DNA of 64,000 nucleotides from an uncultured Planctomycetota bacterium (GCA_963849325.1 CAWKHF010000002.1:480001-544000); one strand, 5' to 3'; counted from the stretch's first letter, positions 20,089 through 31,141 are shown. The notes: generated by a model from the letters alone, not told the origin. A program made the numbers and translations.

Positions 20089-21387
20089 TCAGAAGATCAG
20101 AGCGATGCTGGCCTGGAAGCCGGTGAACCAGCGGAAGACGTCCTCGTAACCCGGCGCCAGGGCGCTGTAGTTGAAATCGATAGGCTGCGTCGAGGCGACG
20201 GTGTTGGCGAAGGCGAAGAAGTCCCAGCCGAGGTTGAGCTGAATGCCCTCCAGGGGATACCACATCAAGCTGGGCGTGACCTGGACTTCGGGCACGGCCC
20301 GGAACTGCGTACGCGAACGCTTGTTCTCCGGGCCGCCCCGGTCGCCACGCTCGTAATCGACCCGCATTTTGACGACATCCACGAAGGCGGCGCCTTCGGT
20401 GGTGAGCATGGCGGCGAAGCCGCAGCCCAGATACCACTCCTGCTGCAAGCCCACGTGGACGCCGTACATCTGGTTGTCCACCTGGTTGTTATAGACGCCC
20501 ACGTAGATCGGCGACGAGTTGCCGAAGGCGTCGAGGTCCGTGGTCGTCCAGCGGAATTTCTCCTGGATCCAGCTATAGCGCGGGCCGACGACATACGAGG
20601 CCCGGTAGGTCTCGGTCTCATAGAAGGGCTTGCGATAGGTGACCTGGAGTTGCTCGAAGCGCTGCAAGAACAGCAGCGTCTGAGTGCTGGCGCCGTTCCA
20701 GATGCCGAAGACGGACCCCGGGGCGGGGATGAGTACCGGCACCCCGAGCGGGTTGGGCACCTGAATCTTGTTGAGGGGGCCGGCGAAATCGCTGGGGAAG
20801 TTGTAGACCGGCGACGTCAGAAACGTGTCCTGCTGCTGATTGCCGAACAACTGCGTCGGCGTGTTGACCAGGGTGGCGGCGGCCGTGTACTGGGCTTCGG
20901 CGATGTACAGGAAGCCGATGGTCAGGGCCGAGCCGTCGCGGAATTTCCAGCCGCCCTCGACCTGGAAGCCGGGCTGAAAGCTCTGCGGCCCGGTCACCTG
21001 GTTGGTGTCCAGGGCCAGCGCTCGGCTGCCGATGAACTGACCCTGGAAGGCCTGGTTGCCGGTGACGGGGTCCGGGACCGTGACGAAGGTAGCGCCGCCG
21101 GTCTCTGGATTGGGAACGCTGGGCTGAGAGGCGATGAAGCCGCGGTAGGCGACCGGCTGGTCCTTGATGGGATTGCTTTGCTCATACATCACGTAACCGC
21201 CGGTCACGAAGAGACCGCCGACGTCGGGTCGGTTGCTGTACAGCGGATACGGCAGCTGATGGTCGGGAGGCGAATAATCCCCTGCTAGCCCGCCCGGTAT
21301 CTGAGCCAGCGCCGCCCCCGGCGCCAGCGCGGCGAGCGCGGCCAGCAATCCTGCTCTCCAAACGCTCTTGGTTCGCATAAGCCCCAT
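20089..21387 (-). CDS. Outer-membrane beta-barrel protein (BBP7-like)
   Basis: Signal peptide, alternating amphipathic strands, C-terminal aromatic ...GFQASIALIF; family name by recall. Confidence 0.75.
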   Translation of the reverse strand: MGLMRTKSVWRAGLLAALAALAPGAALAQIPGGLAGDYSPPDHQLPYPLYSNRPDVGGLFVTGGYVMYEQSNPIKDQPVAYRGFIASQPSVPNPETGGATFVTVPDPVTGNQAFQGQFIGSRALALDTNQVTGPQSFQPGFQVEGGWKFRDGSALTIGFLYIAEAQYTAAATLVNTPTQLFGNQQQDTFLTSPVYNFPSDFAGPLNKIQVPNPLGVPVLIPAPGSVFGIWNGASTQTLLFLQRFEQLQVTYRKPFYETETYRASYVVGPRYSWIQEKFRWTTTDLDAFGNSSPIYVGVYNNQVDNQMYGVHVGLQQEWYLGCGFAAMLTTEGAAFVDVVKMRVDYERGDRGGPENKRSRTQFRAVPEVQVTPSLMWYPLEGIQLNLGWDFFAFANTVASTQPIDFNYSALAPGYEDVFRWFTGFQASIALIF

Positions 21388-21522
21388 CTCCTCCGTGACC
21401 CGGGCGCGTGGCCCGTCCCCCGTGCGGCGTTTCCCCCCGGCCGCGACCCCGTTGTCGGACAGAACGTCCGCGCCGTCTCACGACGGCGGACTGTTCTCGC
21501 GACAAGAATTGAAGGGAGGCGG

Positions 21523-21550
21523 AATATAGCAATCGCCTTCATCCTGTCAA
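21523..21550 (-). promoter_or_regulatory. Sigma70-type promoter of the barrel gene
   Basis: Minus strand TTGACA-N16-TATATT with TG extension. Confidence 0.65.
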
Positions 21551-21598
21551 GAGGACTTTTTGGCGATTGCCGAAAGAAGATGCGAACGGCCGGAGACG

Positions 21599-22129
21599 TC
21601 ACCCGGCCGCTCGCTCGCCTTGCTCCGCGGTGTAGCGCTCGGCGAGGCGGACCTCCTCTTGAAGGGATTCGGCCGCCGGCCGAGAGCTGGCGTGCGGATC
21701 GAGGCAAAACAGCTCCCAGCGCTCGCCCTCGTAGCCGTGCTGGCGCACGTACCACTCATCCTTGTCGTTGCGGGCCAGGGGGAACAGGGAGCAAGCGGCG
21801 GGCTTGTAGCGGTAGGAGTCGCCCTCGGCGGCGCCAACCTTGTGCAGCACGCAGCCACCGTGGAAGAAGACACACCAACCGTCCACCACGCGGAGCATCG
21901 GCAGGTCCATCCGTCGCCGGCCGCTCAGATAGCCCTTCTTCTCCACAAGCTGCCGGGCCTCGGGACGCAGGTGCGGCAGGAACTTTTCCCGGTTGGCATC
22001 GAGACGTTCAATCTCGTCGGGGTAAACGGGAGGCCGGCCGTTGCGGCAGCAAATGCCGTCACAGCCGCGACCGAAGATACACTCAAACTTCGCTTCCGAC
22101 AGGTTGACGACCGGCAGGCTGTTCCGCAT
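21599..22129 (-). CDS. Cys-cluster protein (YkgJ/CxxCxxCC or DUF3109-like)
   Basis: CIFGRGCDGICC, CVFFHGGCVLH, KPAACSLFP. Confidence 0.85.
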   Translation of the reverse strand: MRNSLPVVNLSEAKFECIFGRGCDGICCRNGRPPVYPDEIERLDANREKFLPHLRPEARQLVEKKGYLSGRRRMDLPMLRVVDGWCVFFHGGCVLHKVGAAEGDSYRYKPAACSLFPLARNDKDEWYVRQHGYEGERWELFCLDPHASSRPAAESLQEEVRLAERYTAEQGERAAG

Positions 22130-22309
22130 AGAGGGAAGCCTCCGCGACGAAAGGGTGAAACACGCTCCGCTGTTTCCATCCGCAGGATAGCGGATGTCGC
22201 CGTTTTTTTCCAGCCCGCCGGAGCGTCTTCCCGTCGCGCATCCTTCCGATCTCGCCGAGCAATCGATACCTTTTGCCCGGTTGACGGTCCCGGATCGTCA
22301 CGGAAGAAC

Positions 22310-23699
22310 CTACGGGTGTACGTCGCCGCGGCGGATGCGCGGCAAGAGAGGCAGCATGACGAACAGCAACGCGGCGCCGAAGACGTAGGGCAGCAGGTGA
22401 CTGGGGGTGAGTTTGTACAGGCCCAAGCCGAAGATCGGCCCGAGGATGCGCCAGCGATGCCGCTGACTGGTTGACGCCGAGGATTTCGCCCTGCTTGTCC
22501 GGATCACTGCGGCGCGAAATCAGCGCCTGCGCCGACGGCGTCAGGAAAGCGAAACCGACCACGGCCAGGGTCATGCTTACCAGCATCCAGACCAGCAGAA
22601 CGAGATCGACCGAGGACGGGGTTTCCGCAACCGAGAGCGTTTTCTCGTAGCCCATCCACGTCACGCCGCCCAGCAGGAGCAGTCCCAGGGCCATGAGGCT
22701 AATGCCCATCGCCATGAACGTCACTTCGCTGAGGCGATTGGCCAGGCGGCGATACAGAAAACCCTGCGTCATCACCAGCACGAAACCGACGTAGGCGAAC
22801 ATCAGGAAGCTGTTGCGTTCGCTCAGGTGCAGCACGTCCTCGATGAGCAGGGCCAAGGTCGGCTCGAAGCCGCCGAAGCCGAGCGTCGCCAGGAAGAAGA
22901 TCAGCACAATCGGAGCCAGCACCGGCGAACGCAGCACGTTGGACATGGCGCGGCTGTCGAACCACCTGCGTTGAAGCGGCGGAGCGGCATCGAAGCGCCG
23001 TGTCTCCGGCAGCAGGAGGATGCCGAGCACCAGGGCGAGGAGAGACAAAGCGGCGGCGGAGTAGCCGATCACGCCGTAATGGGCGGGGAACAGGTAGAGC
23101 GAAGCGAAGCCGACCAACGGGCCGAACGTGAAGCCGATGCCGAAAGCGGCGCCGATCAAGGCCATGCCGTGTTTGCGCCGCTGCGGTGTCGTGCAGTCGG
23201 CGATGACGGCCTGGGCCGTGGCGATGGTGGCGCCGGCCACGCCGGCGCCGATGCGCGAGACGAACAACAGCGCCAGGGCCAACGGCGCCCAGTCGCGCTC
23301 CGCCGGCAGGTCCGAGGCGTAGCCGAACAGCAGGTAGAAGAAGACCGAACCGACGAGTCCAATCAGCAGGATCGGCCGTCGTCCGACACGATCAGAGATG
23401 CGGCCCCAGACAGGAGCGAAAAAGAACTGCATGGCCGAGAACGACGCCATGAGCAGGCCGAGGATGGCGCCGCCGAGAGGAGCCTTCTTGCCGCCCTCGA
23501 TAAGGGTGTTGACGTAGCGTTCGCCGTAGCGCGACAGCAAAGGAATGACGATGCCGAAGCCGAGCAGATCGATGAAGACGACCAGAAAGACAATCATCAG
23601 GGCCGACTTGGAGGCGGAACTGCCGGGCGGCGTCGAGGGACCGGGAATCGCGGAGGCGGAGGTTTGAATCGAGGTCGAGGGATCAGACATGGCTGACAT
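22310..23699 (-). CDS. MFS transporter, TetA/DHA1-like (frameshift near 22455)
   Basis: FIDLLGFGIVIPLL, GRISDRVGRRP motif A, GAAFGIGFTFGP. Confidence 0.93.
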
Positions 23700-23853
23700 T
23701 CTTCCTGCGGATTAAGGCGTCCAGGCACGGAGGGCGTATTCCGGTTTTATACCGGCTTGCGCGGGAGGAAGACAGGGCAAGGAAAATCGCATGTCGCGGA
23801 CGGGGAGCGTGCGCAGTATCTTGGTAGTACACCATTCACCGAGGGAACGAGGC

Positions 23854-26800
23854 ATGTCCGCCGGAGTTCTGTCCTACCTGCGTCATCTGCTGCCCACGGT
23901 GGACTCCCAGCTCTCCGACGGTGAATTGCTCCGTCGCTTCGCCGTCGCCGGGGATCAAGCCGCGTTCACGGAGTTGTTGCGCCGCCACGGCCCGCTGGTG
24001 TGGGGCGTGTGCCGGCGCGTCCTGCGCGACGCCCACGACGCCGAGGACGCCTTTCAGGCGACGTTCCTGCAACTCGCCCGCCGGGCCGCATCGCTGCGGC
24101 GCGACGGCTCGCTGGCCGGTTGGCTGCATACGGTGGCGACGCGACTCGCCGGCCGCGCCGCCCGCGCCGAGCAGCGTCGCCGCCGCCGCGACCGTGTCCA
24201 CGCACACGCAACTTCGACGTCGGCCGACGAGCTGACCTGGCGCGAGCTTCAACAAATGCTCGATAGGGAAATCGCCCGCTTGCCGGAGCCGTATCGTCAG
24301 CCGCTTATTCTGTGCTATCTCGAAAACCGTCCGCAGATCGAGGCCGCCCATCGCCTTGGCATCACCCCTGGGGTGTTGCGCGGCCGGCTGGAGCGCGGCC
24401 GACAAAAACTGCGGCAGCGACTGGAGAAGCTCGGTCTGCCGTTGGCCGCTACTCTGTTGCTGACGAGGACCGATCCCGTCCCGGCGGCGCTGGGCGAGAC
24501 AACCTGCCGCATGGTGTTCGGCGTCCTCACCGGCGGCCCAGTGCCGCGCAGCGTCGCGATCCTGGCGGCGGGAGGGACGTTCGCTGCGCGCCTCAAGCTC
24601 GGCGTCGTCACCGTGGTCCTGCTCGTCGCCGGAGGAATCAGCATCGGGGAAGGCCGTCGGCCGGAGCCGTCCGCCGCGCCTCCGCCGCGTCAGCCGGCGA
24701 CGCCAGCACGTCCGGGCGTCGATGCGCTCGGCGATCCACTGCCACCGGGGGCGATCCGTCGCCTCGGCACGGAACGCCATCGCGTCCAGGCCTGGCCGGT
24801 CCCCTGGCAAGACCTGCCCGGCGGAGCGTCGTACCTGGTGAATCGGAATCTCATCCACGGCAGCGACATTCGCCGCCTCGATGCCGCGACGGGGCGCGTC
24901 CTCGAAACGTGGCCTGTACCCAAGGGACACCATGTCGCCGGCTTCTCTGCCAACGGACGTTACGCCCTGATGGCGAATGGCTTCCTCGTTAACATTACAT
25001 TTCTCCGGGGAGTGCCCCCACAGAAGGAAGAGCAGGAATGGGTGGTGATTTTGTATGACCTGGTGAAACGCAAGACGGTTTGGGAGAAGCGACAAAAACG
25101 GGAAGCGAAAGATTGGAAGCGCATCGATGAGGCGTACTTCTCGGCGGATGGCAAGTGGATCGCCACGACCGGCGAGTACGCCAGTGGCATGCTGTGCCTG
25201 TGGGACGCCGCGACCGGCAAGGAACTCTGGGAGCGCAAACAGGAGGTCGGCCATTTGACGCCGCTTGGCTTCGCCGACAACGGCGCCGTCCTGGTGCTCC
25301 GCGAGCGCAACGACAGCAGCATCTACCTTCTCGACCGCGCCACCGGAAAGGAACGACGGACGTTCCGAACGATGAAGCAAGGAGAGGCACGTCAGGGCGG
25401 CCTGTCCCCGGACGGATCGGCGGTCCTGCTGGGCTGGGTCGGCCCGTCGGTGCGTGTCTGGGATCTGGCCACCGGCCGCGAGCAAACGCCGCTGGATGGA
25501 CACAAGGACGCGGCGCACAGCTTCGCCTTCTCTCCGGACGGCAAGACCGTCGTCACCGGCGGCGACGATTCGTTCGTGCTGGTGCGTGCCTGGCCCTCGG
25601 GAGAGATCACCCACAAACTCGACCTGGGGCGATGGAGCCTTCAGCGGATGGCGATTTCGGGAGACGGCCGACGGTTGGAAGTCCTGTTCACCGGTGAGTC
25701 AACATTGCACTTTTACGATCTGCAGACGGGCAAATCGCTACCGGCGCAGGCGCCGGGCCACAAGGGCGGCGTCTGGGGCGTGGCGGGGACGCCGGACGGC
25801 CGACTGCTCTCCTTCGGCAGCGACGCCACGGTCCTCACCTGGGACGTGGCGACGGGAAAGATCGTCGGCCGGCTGGCGATCGAGCGGGACCACACCGCCG
25901 CCACCTTCGCCGTCAGCTCGGACGGCCGGCTGCTGGCGACGCCGAGCGAGGATAACCAGGGGATCAACATCTACGAGGGGGCCACGGGCAAACGACTACG
26001 CCGTGTGCAGGTCGGGCACAACGTCGGCAATCACGTGGTCTTGTCGCCCGACGGCCGTTTTTTGGCCAACGATCAGCACGGCGGTCGTCTTCTGGAAGTA
26101 TGGGACGTGAGCAACGGACGCACGCTATTGCGGCACGAGTGCGTCAACCCTTCGGTTTATTGGGTTCCTTCCGCGTTCAGCCCGGACGGCCGGCAGTTCG
26201 CCGTTGCGGACTATGATACGGTGCGTTTATGGGACACGAGCACCTGGAAAGAGCAAACGACGTTGGCCGCGTATGCCTCCCAAGGACTGGCGTACAGCCC
26301 CGATGGCCGAACCGTGGCCGCCGCCAGTGTGGAAGGCGTTCGACTCTTCGAGTTGGCCAGTCATCAAGAACGGGTACACCTGCGACCGGACGGCTACCCG
26401 TCGGGCGCTCTGCACTTTTCTCCTACCGGCAGCCGATTGGCCTGGGTGAACGGCCTCAAGACCATTCACGTCTGGGACGCGACTCGCGGCGAAATGCTCG
26501 CCTCGTTCGCCGGTCACGATGGTCGAATCAGCGACTTGGCCTTCCCGGCCGATGAGCGCGCCCTGGTGTCGGCCAGCGATGATTCGACCTTGCTGGTGTG
26601 GGATCTGGCCGGACCCGCAGCGAAGCAACTCCCGCCGCGAAGCGGCGACATGAGCGAAGCGTGGAAGTCCCTGGCCGGTGAAGACGCCAAGGCCGCCTAC
26701 GAGGCGATCCGTGTGCTGGCCTCGAACTCGGACGCTGCCGTGCCGCTGCTCGCCCGGCACCTCAAGCCCGCCGCGCCGATCGACCGGAAACGAATCGAGG

Positions 26801-27171
26801 CCAGCCTGCGCGACCTGGATAGCTCGCGCTTCGAGGACCGCGAACGAGCGATGGGCGAACTGCAACAGCTCGGCGAACAGGCCGAGCCGGCGGTGAAGCG
26901 CTTTCTGGCCGACCGCCCGAGCCTGGAGGCGCGGCGACGGGTCGAGCAGGTGCTCGAAAAGGTGAGCGGTTTGCCCCCGCCCCCGGAGCGTCTGCGCGAG
27001 GTCCGAGCGCTGGAGGCACTGGAGCGGATGGGCAGTGGCGACGCCCGCCGATTGGTTGAAACCCTGGCGAAAGGCGCCGCGGACGCGCGGCTGACGCGCG
27101 ACGCTGAGGCGGCGCTGGCGCGGATGCGGCGCGAAGCGTCATCTCCCCGCCCTCATCCCCGTTCCCGTTGA
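23854..27171 (+). CDS. ECF sigma factor fused via a TM segment to WD40 repeats and a C-terminal helical domain
   Basis: DAEDAFQATF region 2, LPEPYRQPLILCYLE region 4, DALGDPLPPGAIRRLG, many WD40 repeats, VRALEALE tail. Confidence 0.95.
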   Translation: MSAGVLSYLRHLLPTVDSQLSDGELLRRFAVAGDQAAFTELLRRHGPLVWGVCRRVLRDAHDAEDAFQATFLQLARRAASLRRDGSLAGWLHTVATRLAGRAARAEQRRRRRDRVHAHATSTSADELTWRELQQMLDREIARLPEPYRQPLILCYLENRPQIEAAHRLGITPGVLRGRLERGRQKLRQRLEKLGLPLAATLLLTRTDPVPAALGETTCRMVFGVLTGGPVPRSVAILAAGGTFAARLKLGVVTVVLLVAGGISIGEGRRPEPSAAPPPRQPATPARPGVDALGDPLPPGAIRRLGTERHRVQAWPVPWQDLPGGASYLVNRNLIHGSDIRRLDAATGRVLETWPVPKGHHVAGFSANGRYALMANGFLVNITFLRGVPPQKEEQEWVVILYDLVKRKTVWEKRQKREAKDWKRIDEAYFSADGKWIATTGEYASGMLCLWDAATGKELWERKQEVGHLTPLGFADNGAVLVLRERNDSSIYLLDRATGKERRTFRTMKQGEARQGGLSPDGSAVLLGWVGPSVRVWDLATGREQTPLDGHKDAAHSFAFSPDGKTVVTGGDDSFVLVRAWPSGEITHKLDLGRWSLQRMAISGDGRRLEVLFTGESTLHFYDLQTGKSLPAQAPGHKGGVWGVAGTPDGRLLSFGSDATVLTWDVATGKIVGRLAIERDHTAATFAVSSDGRLLATPSEDNQGINIYEGATGKRLRRVQVGHNVGNHVVLSPDGRFLANDQHGGRLLEVWDVSNGRTLLRHECVNPSVYWVPSAFSPDGRQFAVADYDTVRLWDTSTWKEQTTLAAYASQGLAYSPDGRTVAAASVEGVRLFELASHQERVHLRPDGYPSGALHFSPTGSRLAWVNGLKTIHVWDATRGEMLASFAGHDGRISDLAFPADERALVSASDDSTLLVWDLAGPAAKQLPPRSGDMSEAWKSLAGEDAKAAYEAIRVLASNSDAAVPLLARHLKPAAPIDRKRIEASLRDLDSSRFEDRERAMGELQQLGEQAEPAVKRFLADRPSLEARRRVEQVLEKVSGLPPPPERLREVRALEALERMGSGDARRLVETLAKGAADARLTRDAEAALARMRREASSPRPHPRSR

Positions 27172-27172
27172 A

Positions 27173-27238
27173 GGCGAACGGCCGGCGTAAGCCGGCTGGT
27201 AAGAGCCGCCACCAGCCGGCTTACGCCGGCCGTTCGCC
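27173..27238. repeat. REP-like perfect palindrome family D
   Basis: GGCGAACGGCCGGCGTAAGCCGGCTGGT...ACCAGCCGGCTTACGCCGGCCGTTCGCC. Confidence 0.9.
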
Positions 27239-27630
27239 ATTCGATCCGCTAGGACAAGACGGTTCGTGTCGAGCAGCCTGGGAACCCTGGCCAAGTGGCA
27301 GAGTGGGACTCCATCTCACGGCGCAAGTGGCACCGAGGCGACGGAAAAGGGTTAGGACGCTCCTGGAAGGTTCCTGTACGGACATGGTAGGTGAACTTTC
27401 CACGTCATGGCAGCGCATCCCCTTTCTTTTGTCCACCCAGCCCTCGTCTTCAGGGGGCAGTTTGAGATAGAGTCCGTCTTTGCCATCTTGCGGGGGTCTC
27501 AGGGAAACGAGTGCGACTCTCAACTCACGCATCTTCTGGCTGGCCCCGGCGCCGCATCTGCGGTACAAGGATAAGGTGGGGTATTCAGGGCGATGTCCGC
27601 CCGCACACGACGAAGCGCCTGCAAGGATCC

Positions 27631-29016
27631 ATGACACTTCCTGAGATCAACTCGGTCCCTCCTTCCGTTTTCTGGGACCGCCGCGAGCTGCTCCGGGTCG
27701 GCGGCGTCGGCCTCGGACTGTTGCTGCCTGCCAGCTTGTCCGCACGGAGCATCGCTCCCGCGGCGCACCAAAGGACTTTCGGTCGGGCGCGCTCGGTCAT
27801 CATCCTCTACCTGCACGGCGGACATGCTCAACAAGAGACCTGGGATCCCAAGCCGGACGGACCCTCACCCGAACGCGGCGAGTTCGGGGCCATCGCCACC
27901 AGCGTTCCCGGCGTGCGCGTTAGCGAACTGCTGCCGCGCTCGGCCCGCATCATGCACCGGCTGACCGTCCTGCGTTCGCTCAGCCACGGCAATGCCAACC
28001 ACGTCCAGGCCAGCCTGACAGCGATGACAGGTCATTCGCACCCGCCGGCGACCGAGGCGCGCGGCGACTTCCCGCCGACGCCGAGCGATCCGCCCCCGTT
28101 CGGGGCCGTATGCAGCCGGCTGCGCCGACCAGGACCGCTACCGGCGTGGGTGCAGATCGGCCCGCTCATGCGTCGCTTCAATGGCACCGTGCTGCACGGC
28201 CAATCGCCGGGCTTCCTCGGCAGTCGTTACGCCCCGCTCGTCATCGATCAGGATCTGCGCGCGGCGGACGTGCGCGTACAAGCCGTGGCCGCCGACGCCG
28301 ACGTGCCGGCTCGGCGACTGGACGGGCGACGGAAATTGCTTGCCAGCCTCGACCGGCAACGGCGGACGCTCAACGGCGTCGCCGATGTGGCGACCTTCGA
28401 CGCCCACCAGCAGCGCGCTCTCAACCTGCTGGCCGGCTCTGCCACCGCTCGCGCCTTCGACCTGGCCGCCGAGCCAGCTGTGGTGCGCGAGCGCTACGGT
28501 CATACGGCTTTCGGTCAGCGCTGCCTGCTGGCCCGGCGTCTGGCGGAAGCCGGTGTGCCGATCGTCAACGTGCATTACTGCCTGACGCCGCAGGGTTCGT
28601 GGGACACGCACGGCCGGCACTTTCCGCAGATGAAGGAGTCGCTGTGTCCGACATTCGACCAGGCATTCTCCGCCCTGGTCGAAGACCTGGCCCAGCGCGG
28701 CCTGCTGGGGCAGACGTTGGTGCTGGCGACGGCGGAGTTCGGTCGCACGCCGAAGATCAATCGCGGCGGCGGCCGCGATCATTGGCCGTGGGTCTATTCC
28801 GTCGCCCTGGCCGGCGCCGGCACCGTGCCCGGCCGCGTCGTCGGCGCCTCCGATAAAATCGCCGCTCATCCCGCCGATTCTCCCCATCAACCCGCCGACC
28901 TCGCCGCCACCGTCTATCATCTGCTCGGCGTACCGCCCGACACGCATCTGTACGACCAAACCGGCCGGCCGCACGCCCTGCTCGCCGGCAAGCTCCTTCA
29001 CGATGTGCTCACGTAG
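27631..29016 (+). CDS. DUF1501 domain protein
   Basis: RRELLRVG, LHGGHAQQETWDPKP, CLLARRLAEAGV, WDTH, EFGRTPKIN, GRDHW. Confidence 0.95.
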   Translation: MTLPEINSVPPSVFWDRRELLRVGGVGLGLLLPASLSARSIAPAAHQRTFGRARSVIILYLHGGHAQQETWDPKPDGPSPERGEFGAIATSVPGVRVSELLPRSARIMHRLTVLRSLSHGNANHVQASLTAMTGHSHPPATEARGDFPPTPSDPPPFGAVCSRLRRPGPLPAWVQIGPLMRRFNGTVLHGQSPGFLGSRYAPLVIDQDLRAADVRVQAVAADADVPARRLDGRRKLLASLDRQRRTLNGVADVATFDAHQQRALNLLAGSATARAFDLAAEPAVVRERYGHTAFGQRCLLARRLAEAGVPIVNVHYCLTPQGSWDTHGRHFPQMKESLCPTFDQAFSALVEDLAQRGLLGQTLVLATAEFGRTPKINRGGGRDHWPWVYSVALAGAGTVPGRVVGASDKIAAHPADSPHQPADLAATVYHLLGVPPDTHLYDQTGRPHALLAGKLLHDVLT

Positions 29017-29191
29017 GATCATCCGTGGCGGTGAATATTCATCCCGGAGGAAGCGTCCAGCACTTCGGGACGGATGGGACGGCCACACGCTTTCGTTTGC
29101 GATTGACGGCCACCGTCCGATGTCTTTACCATGCCATTTGGATTGACACGCCTTTCGATGCCCTCCCGATGAAACGTCAAAGGACAAGCGT

Positions 29192-29797
29192 ATGTATCGT
29201 TCTGCCATTGCCATGCTGCTGCTCGCCGGTTTGTCGGTCAGCCCGGCCCTGGCCGGCAAATACAACCGCAAGCTGAGCCTCGGCGATGCCGCGCCCGCCT
29301 TCAAGGATCTCGAAGGCATCGACGGCAAGAAGTACAGCCTTGAGGACTTCAAGGGCAAGGATCTGGTCGTCATCGCCATTACCTGCACCGAATGCCCGGT
29401 GGCGCGGGTTTACGAGGACCGTCTCGTCGCCTTCGCCAAGAAGTACGAGGGCAAGGTCGCCGTGGTGGCCATCAACGTCAACACCGGCGAAGAGGAGACC
29501 CTCGCCCCGATGCGGGAACGCGCCAAAAAGAAGGGCTACAACTTCGTGTACCTCCGCGACCCCAGCCAGCGAATCGGCCGGGCCTACGGCGCCAGCAAAA
29601 CGCCGGAATTTTTCGTCCTCGACAAGGGCCGCAAGGTGGTCTACATGGGCGCCCTCGATGACGACATGAACCCGGCCAAGGTCAAGGACAAGTATCTGGG
29701 GGATGCCGTCGAGTCGGTCCTCAAGGGCGACAAGCCGGCCCGGATGGAAACGCCCGCCTTCGGTTGCAGCATCGAATATCGGAAAGCAAAGGATTAA
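29192..29797 (+). CDS. Exported thioredoxin/redoxin family protein
   Basis: Signal peptide, CTECP, GASKTPEFFV, YMGALDD, GCSI. Confidence 0.93.
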   Translation: MYRSAIAMLLLAGLSVSPALAGKYNRKLSLGDAAPAFKDLEGIDGKKYSLEDFKGKDLVVIAITCTECPVARVYEDRLVAFAKKYEGKVAVVAINVNTGEEETLAPMRERAKKKGYNFVYLRDPSQRIGRAYGASKTPEFFVLDKGRKVVYMGALDDDMNPAKVKDKYLGDAVESVLKGDKPARMETPAFGCSIEYRKAKD

Positions 29798-29811
29798 GAG
29801 AGGACCAGCGC

Positions 29812-30351
29812 ATGTCCATGACCGCGCGAATGGCGGCAGGGGTTCTTCTGGCAGGGTTCGCTGGCTGGTTCGCCTTGGTCCCAGCCGACGCGGGAGCGCC
29901 AACCAACGGCAGCAGCGTCGAACTGAAGGTAGTCAAGTATCGCGATCTCGTCCAGGCCGTCCGCGATCAGCGCGGCAAGGTCGTCGTCATCGACGTGTGG
30001 GGAGACTTTTGTCCCCCTTGCAAACGGGAATTTCATAACCTGGTCGAACTGCACCAGCAATACGGCGACAAGGGGTTGGTGTGCATGTCCGTCACCCTCG
30101 ACCCGCCGGATAACAAGGACGCGGCGCTGAAGTTCCTCGTACAGAAGAAGGCCACGTTCGCCAACTACCTGCTCGATGAGAAGCCGGAGGTATGGGCGGA
30201 GCGCTGGCACATCCAGGGACCGCCGACCGTGTTCGTGTTCGACCGCCAGGGTCGGCGCGCCGCTCGGTTCGATTCGGAGAACCCCGATAAGCCTCTCAGC
30301 TATGAGGATGTCAAGAAACTGATCCAGAAACTGCTCGCGCCGGCGCCGTGA
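29812..30351 (+). CDS. TlpA-like disulfide reductase
   Basis: RGKVVVIDVWGDFCPPCKREF; signal peptide. Confidence 0.93.
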   Translation: MSMTARMAAGVLLAGFAGWFALVPADAGAPTNGSSVELKVVKYRDLVQAVRDQRGKVVVIDVWGDFCPPCKREFHNLVELHQQYGDKGLVCMSVTLDPPDNKDAALKFLVQKKATFANYLLDEKPEVWAERWHIQGPPTVFVFDRQGRRAARFDSENPDKPLSYEDVKKLIQKLLAPAP

Positions 30352-30510
30352 CCGCGCGAATTCGGCCATACGAGAAAAGAGTGGACCGAAGGGGTCCGCT
30401 TGAATAGTTCGACGGGTCTCGGCGTCTAGACGGCGGGATCTTATCCGTTTGCGTGTGGGATCTCCCGAGTTTTGTTTTTCCGTTTCGTCGCCCCCAGGAG
30501 AAGGTAGCGT

Positions 30511-31074
30511 ATGAAGATGCACCGAATCGTTGGGTTGAGCCTGAGCTGCGCGTTGTTGGCGGGTGCCGTGTTCGCGGCCGAGGCCGTGAAGTCGGGTCCG
30601 CAGGTGAATGAGCCGGTCCCCGGCCCGTTCCATCCGCTGAACGTCACCGGCGAGGCCGCCGGCAAGAAGCACTGCCTGTTCTGCCAGAACGGCAGCAACC
30701 CCGTGGCGATGGTCTTCGCCCGTGAAGCCACTCCCGAAGTGGCCAAGCTCATCAAGAAGCTGGACGCCTGCACGGCCAAGCACAGCGATTGCAAAATGGG
30801 CAGCTTCGTCGTCTTCCTCAGCGACAAGGAAGGGCTGGACAAGGAGCTGAAGTCGCTGGCCGACAAGCAAGACCTCAAAAAGATCGTACTCAGCATCGAC
30901 AACCCGGCCGGCCCGGAGCGCTACAACGTCTCCAAGGACGCCGCCGTCACGGTCGTGCTCTACACCGACCACACCGTCAAGGCCAATCATTCCTTCAAGA
31001 AGGGTCAGCTCAAGGACAAGGACATCGACGCCATCGCCCAGGACGTCAACAAGATCCTGCCCGAGAAGAAGTAA
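30511..31074 (+). CDS. Exported thioredoxin-fold-like hypothetical protein
   Basis: Signal peptide, SGPQV, CLFC, PVAMVFAR. Confidence 0.85.
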   Translation: MKMHRIVGLSLSCALLAGAVFAAEAVKSGPQVNEPVPGPFHPLNVTGEAAGKKHCLFCQNGSNPVAMVFAREATPEVAKLIKKLDACTAKHSDCKMGSFVVFLSDKEGLDKELKSLADKQDLKKIVLSIDNPAGPERYNVSKDAAVTVVLYTDHTVKANHSFKKGQLKDKDIDAIAQDVNKILPEKK

Positions 31075-31105
31075 GCTGTATCCGGCAGCCGATTCCCTCA
31101 CCCTT

Positions 31106-31141
31106 CAACGGCCGCGGGCAACCGAATGCTCGCGGCCGTTG
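31106..31141. terminator. Stem-loop between convergent genes
   Basis: CAACGGCCGCGGGCA-ACCGAA-TGCTCGCGGCCGTTG. Confidence 0.65.

Noticed and set aside
27221-27637. Minus-strand ORF in the lower-GC spacer between the ECF gene and DUF1501
   Set aside because: No RBS or recognisable motif and it ends inside a palindromic repeat; cannot be supported as a gene
29124-29140. TGGCA-containing sites as sigma54 promoters (also near 20025 and 52794)
   Set aside because: They lack a TTGC -12 element at the required spacing
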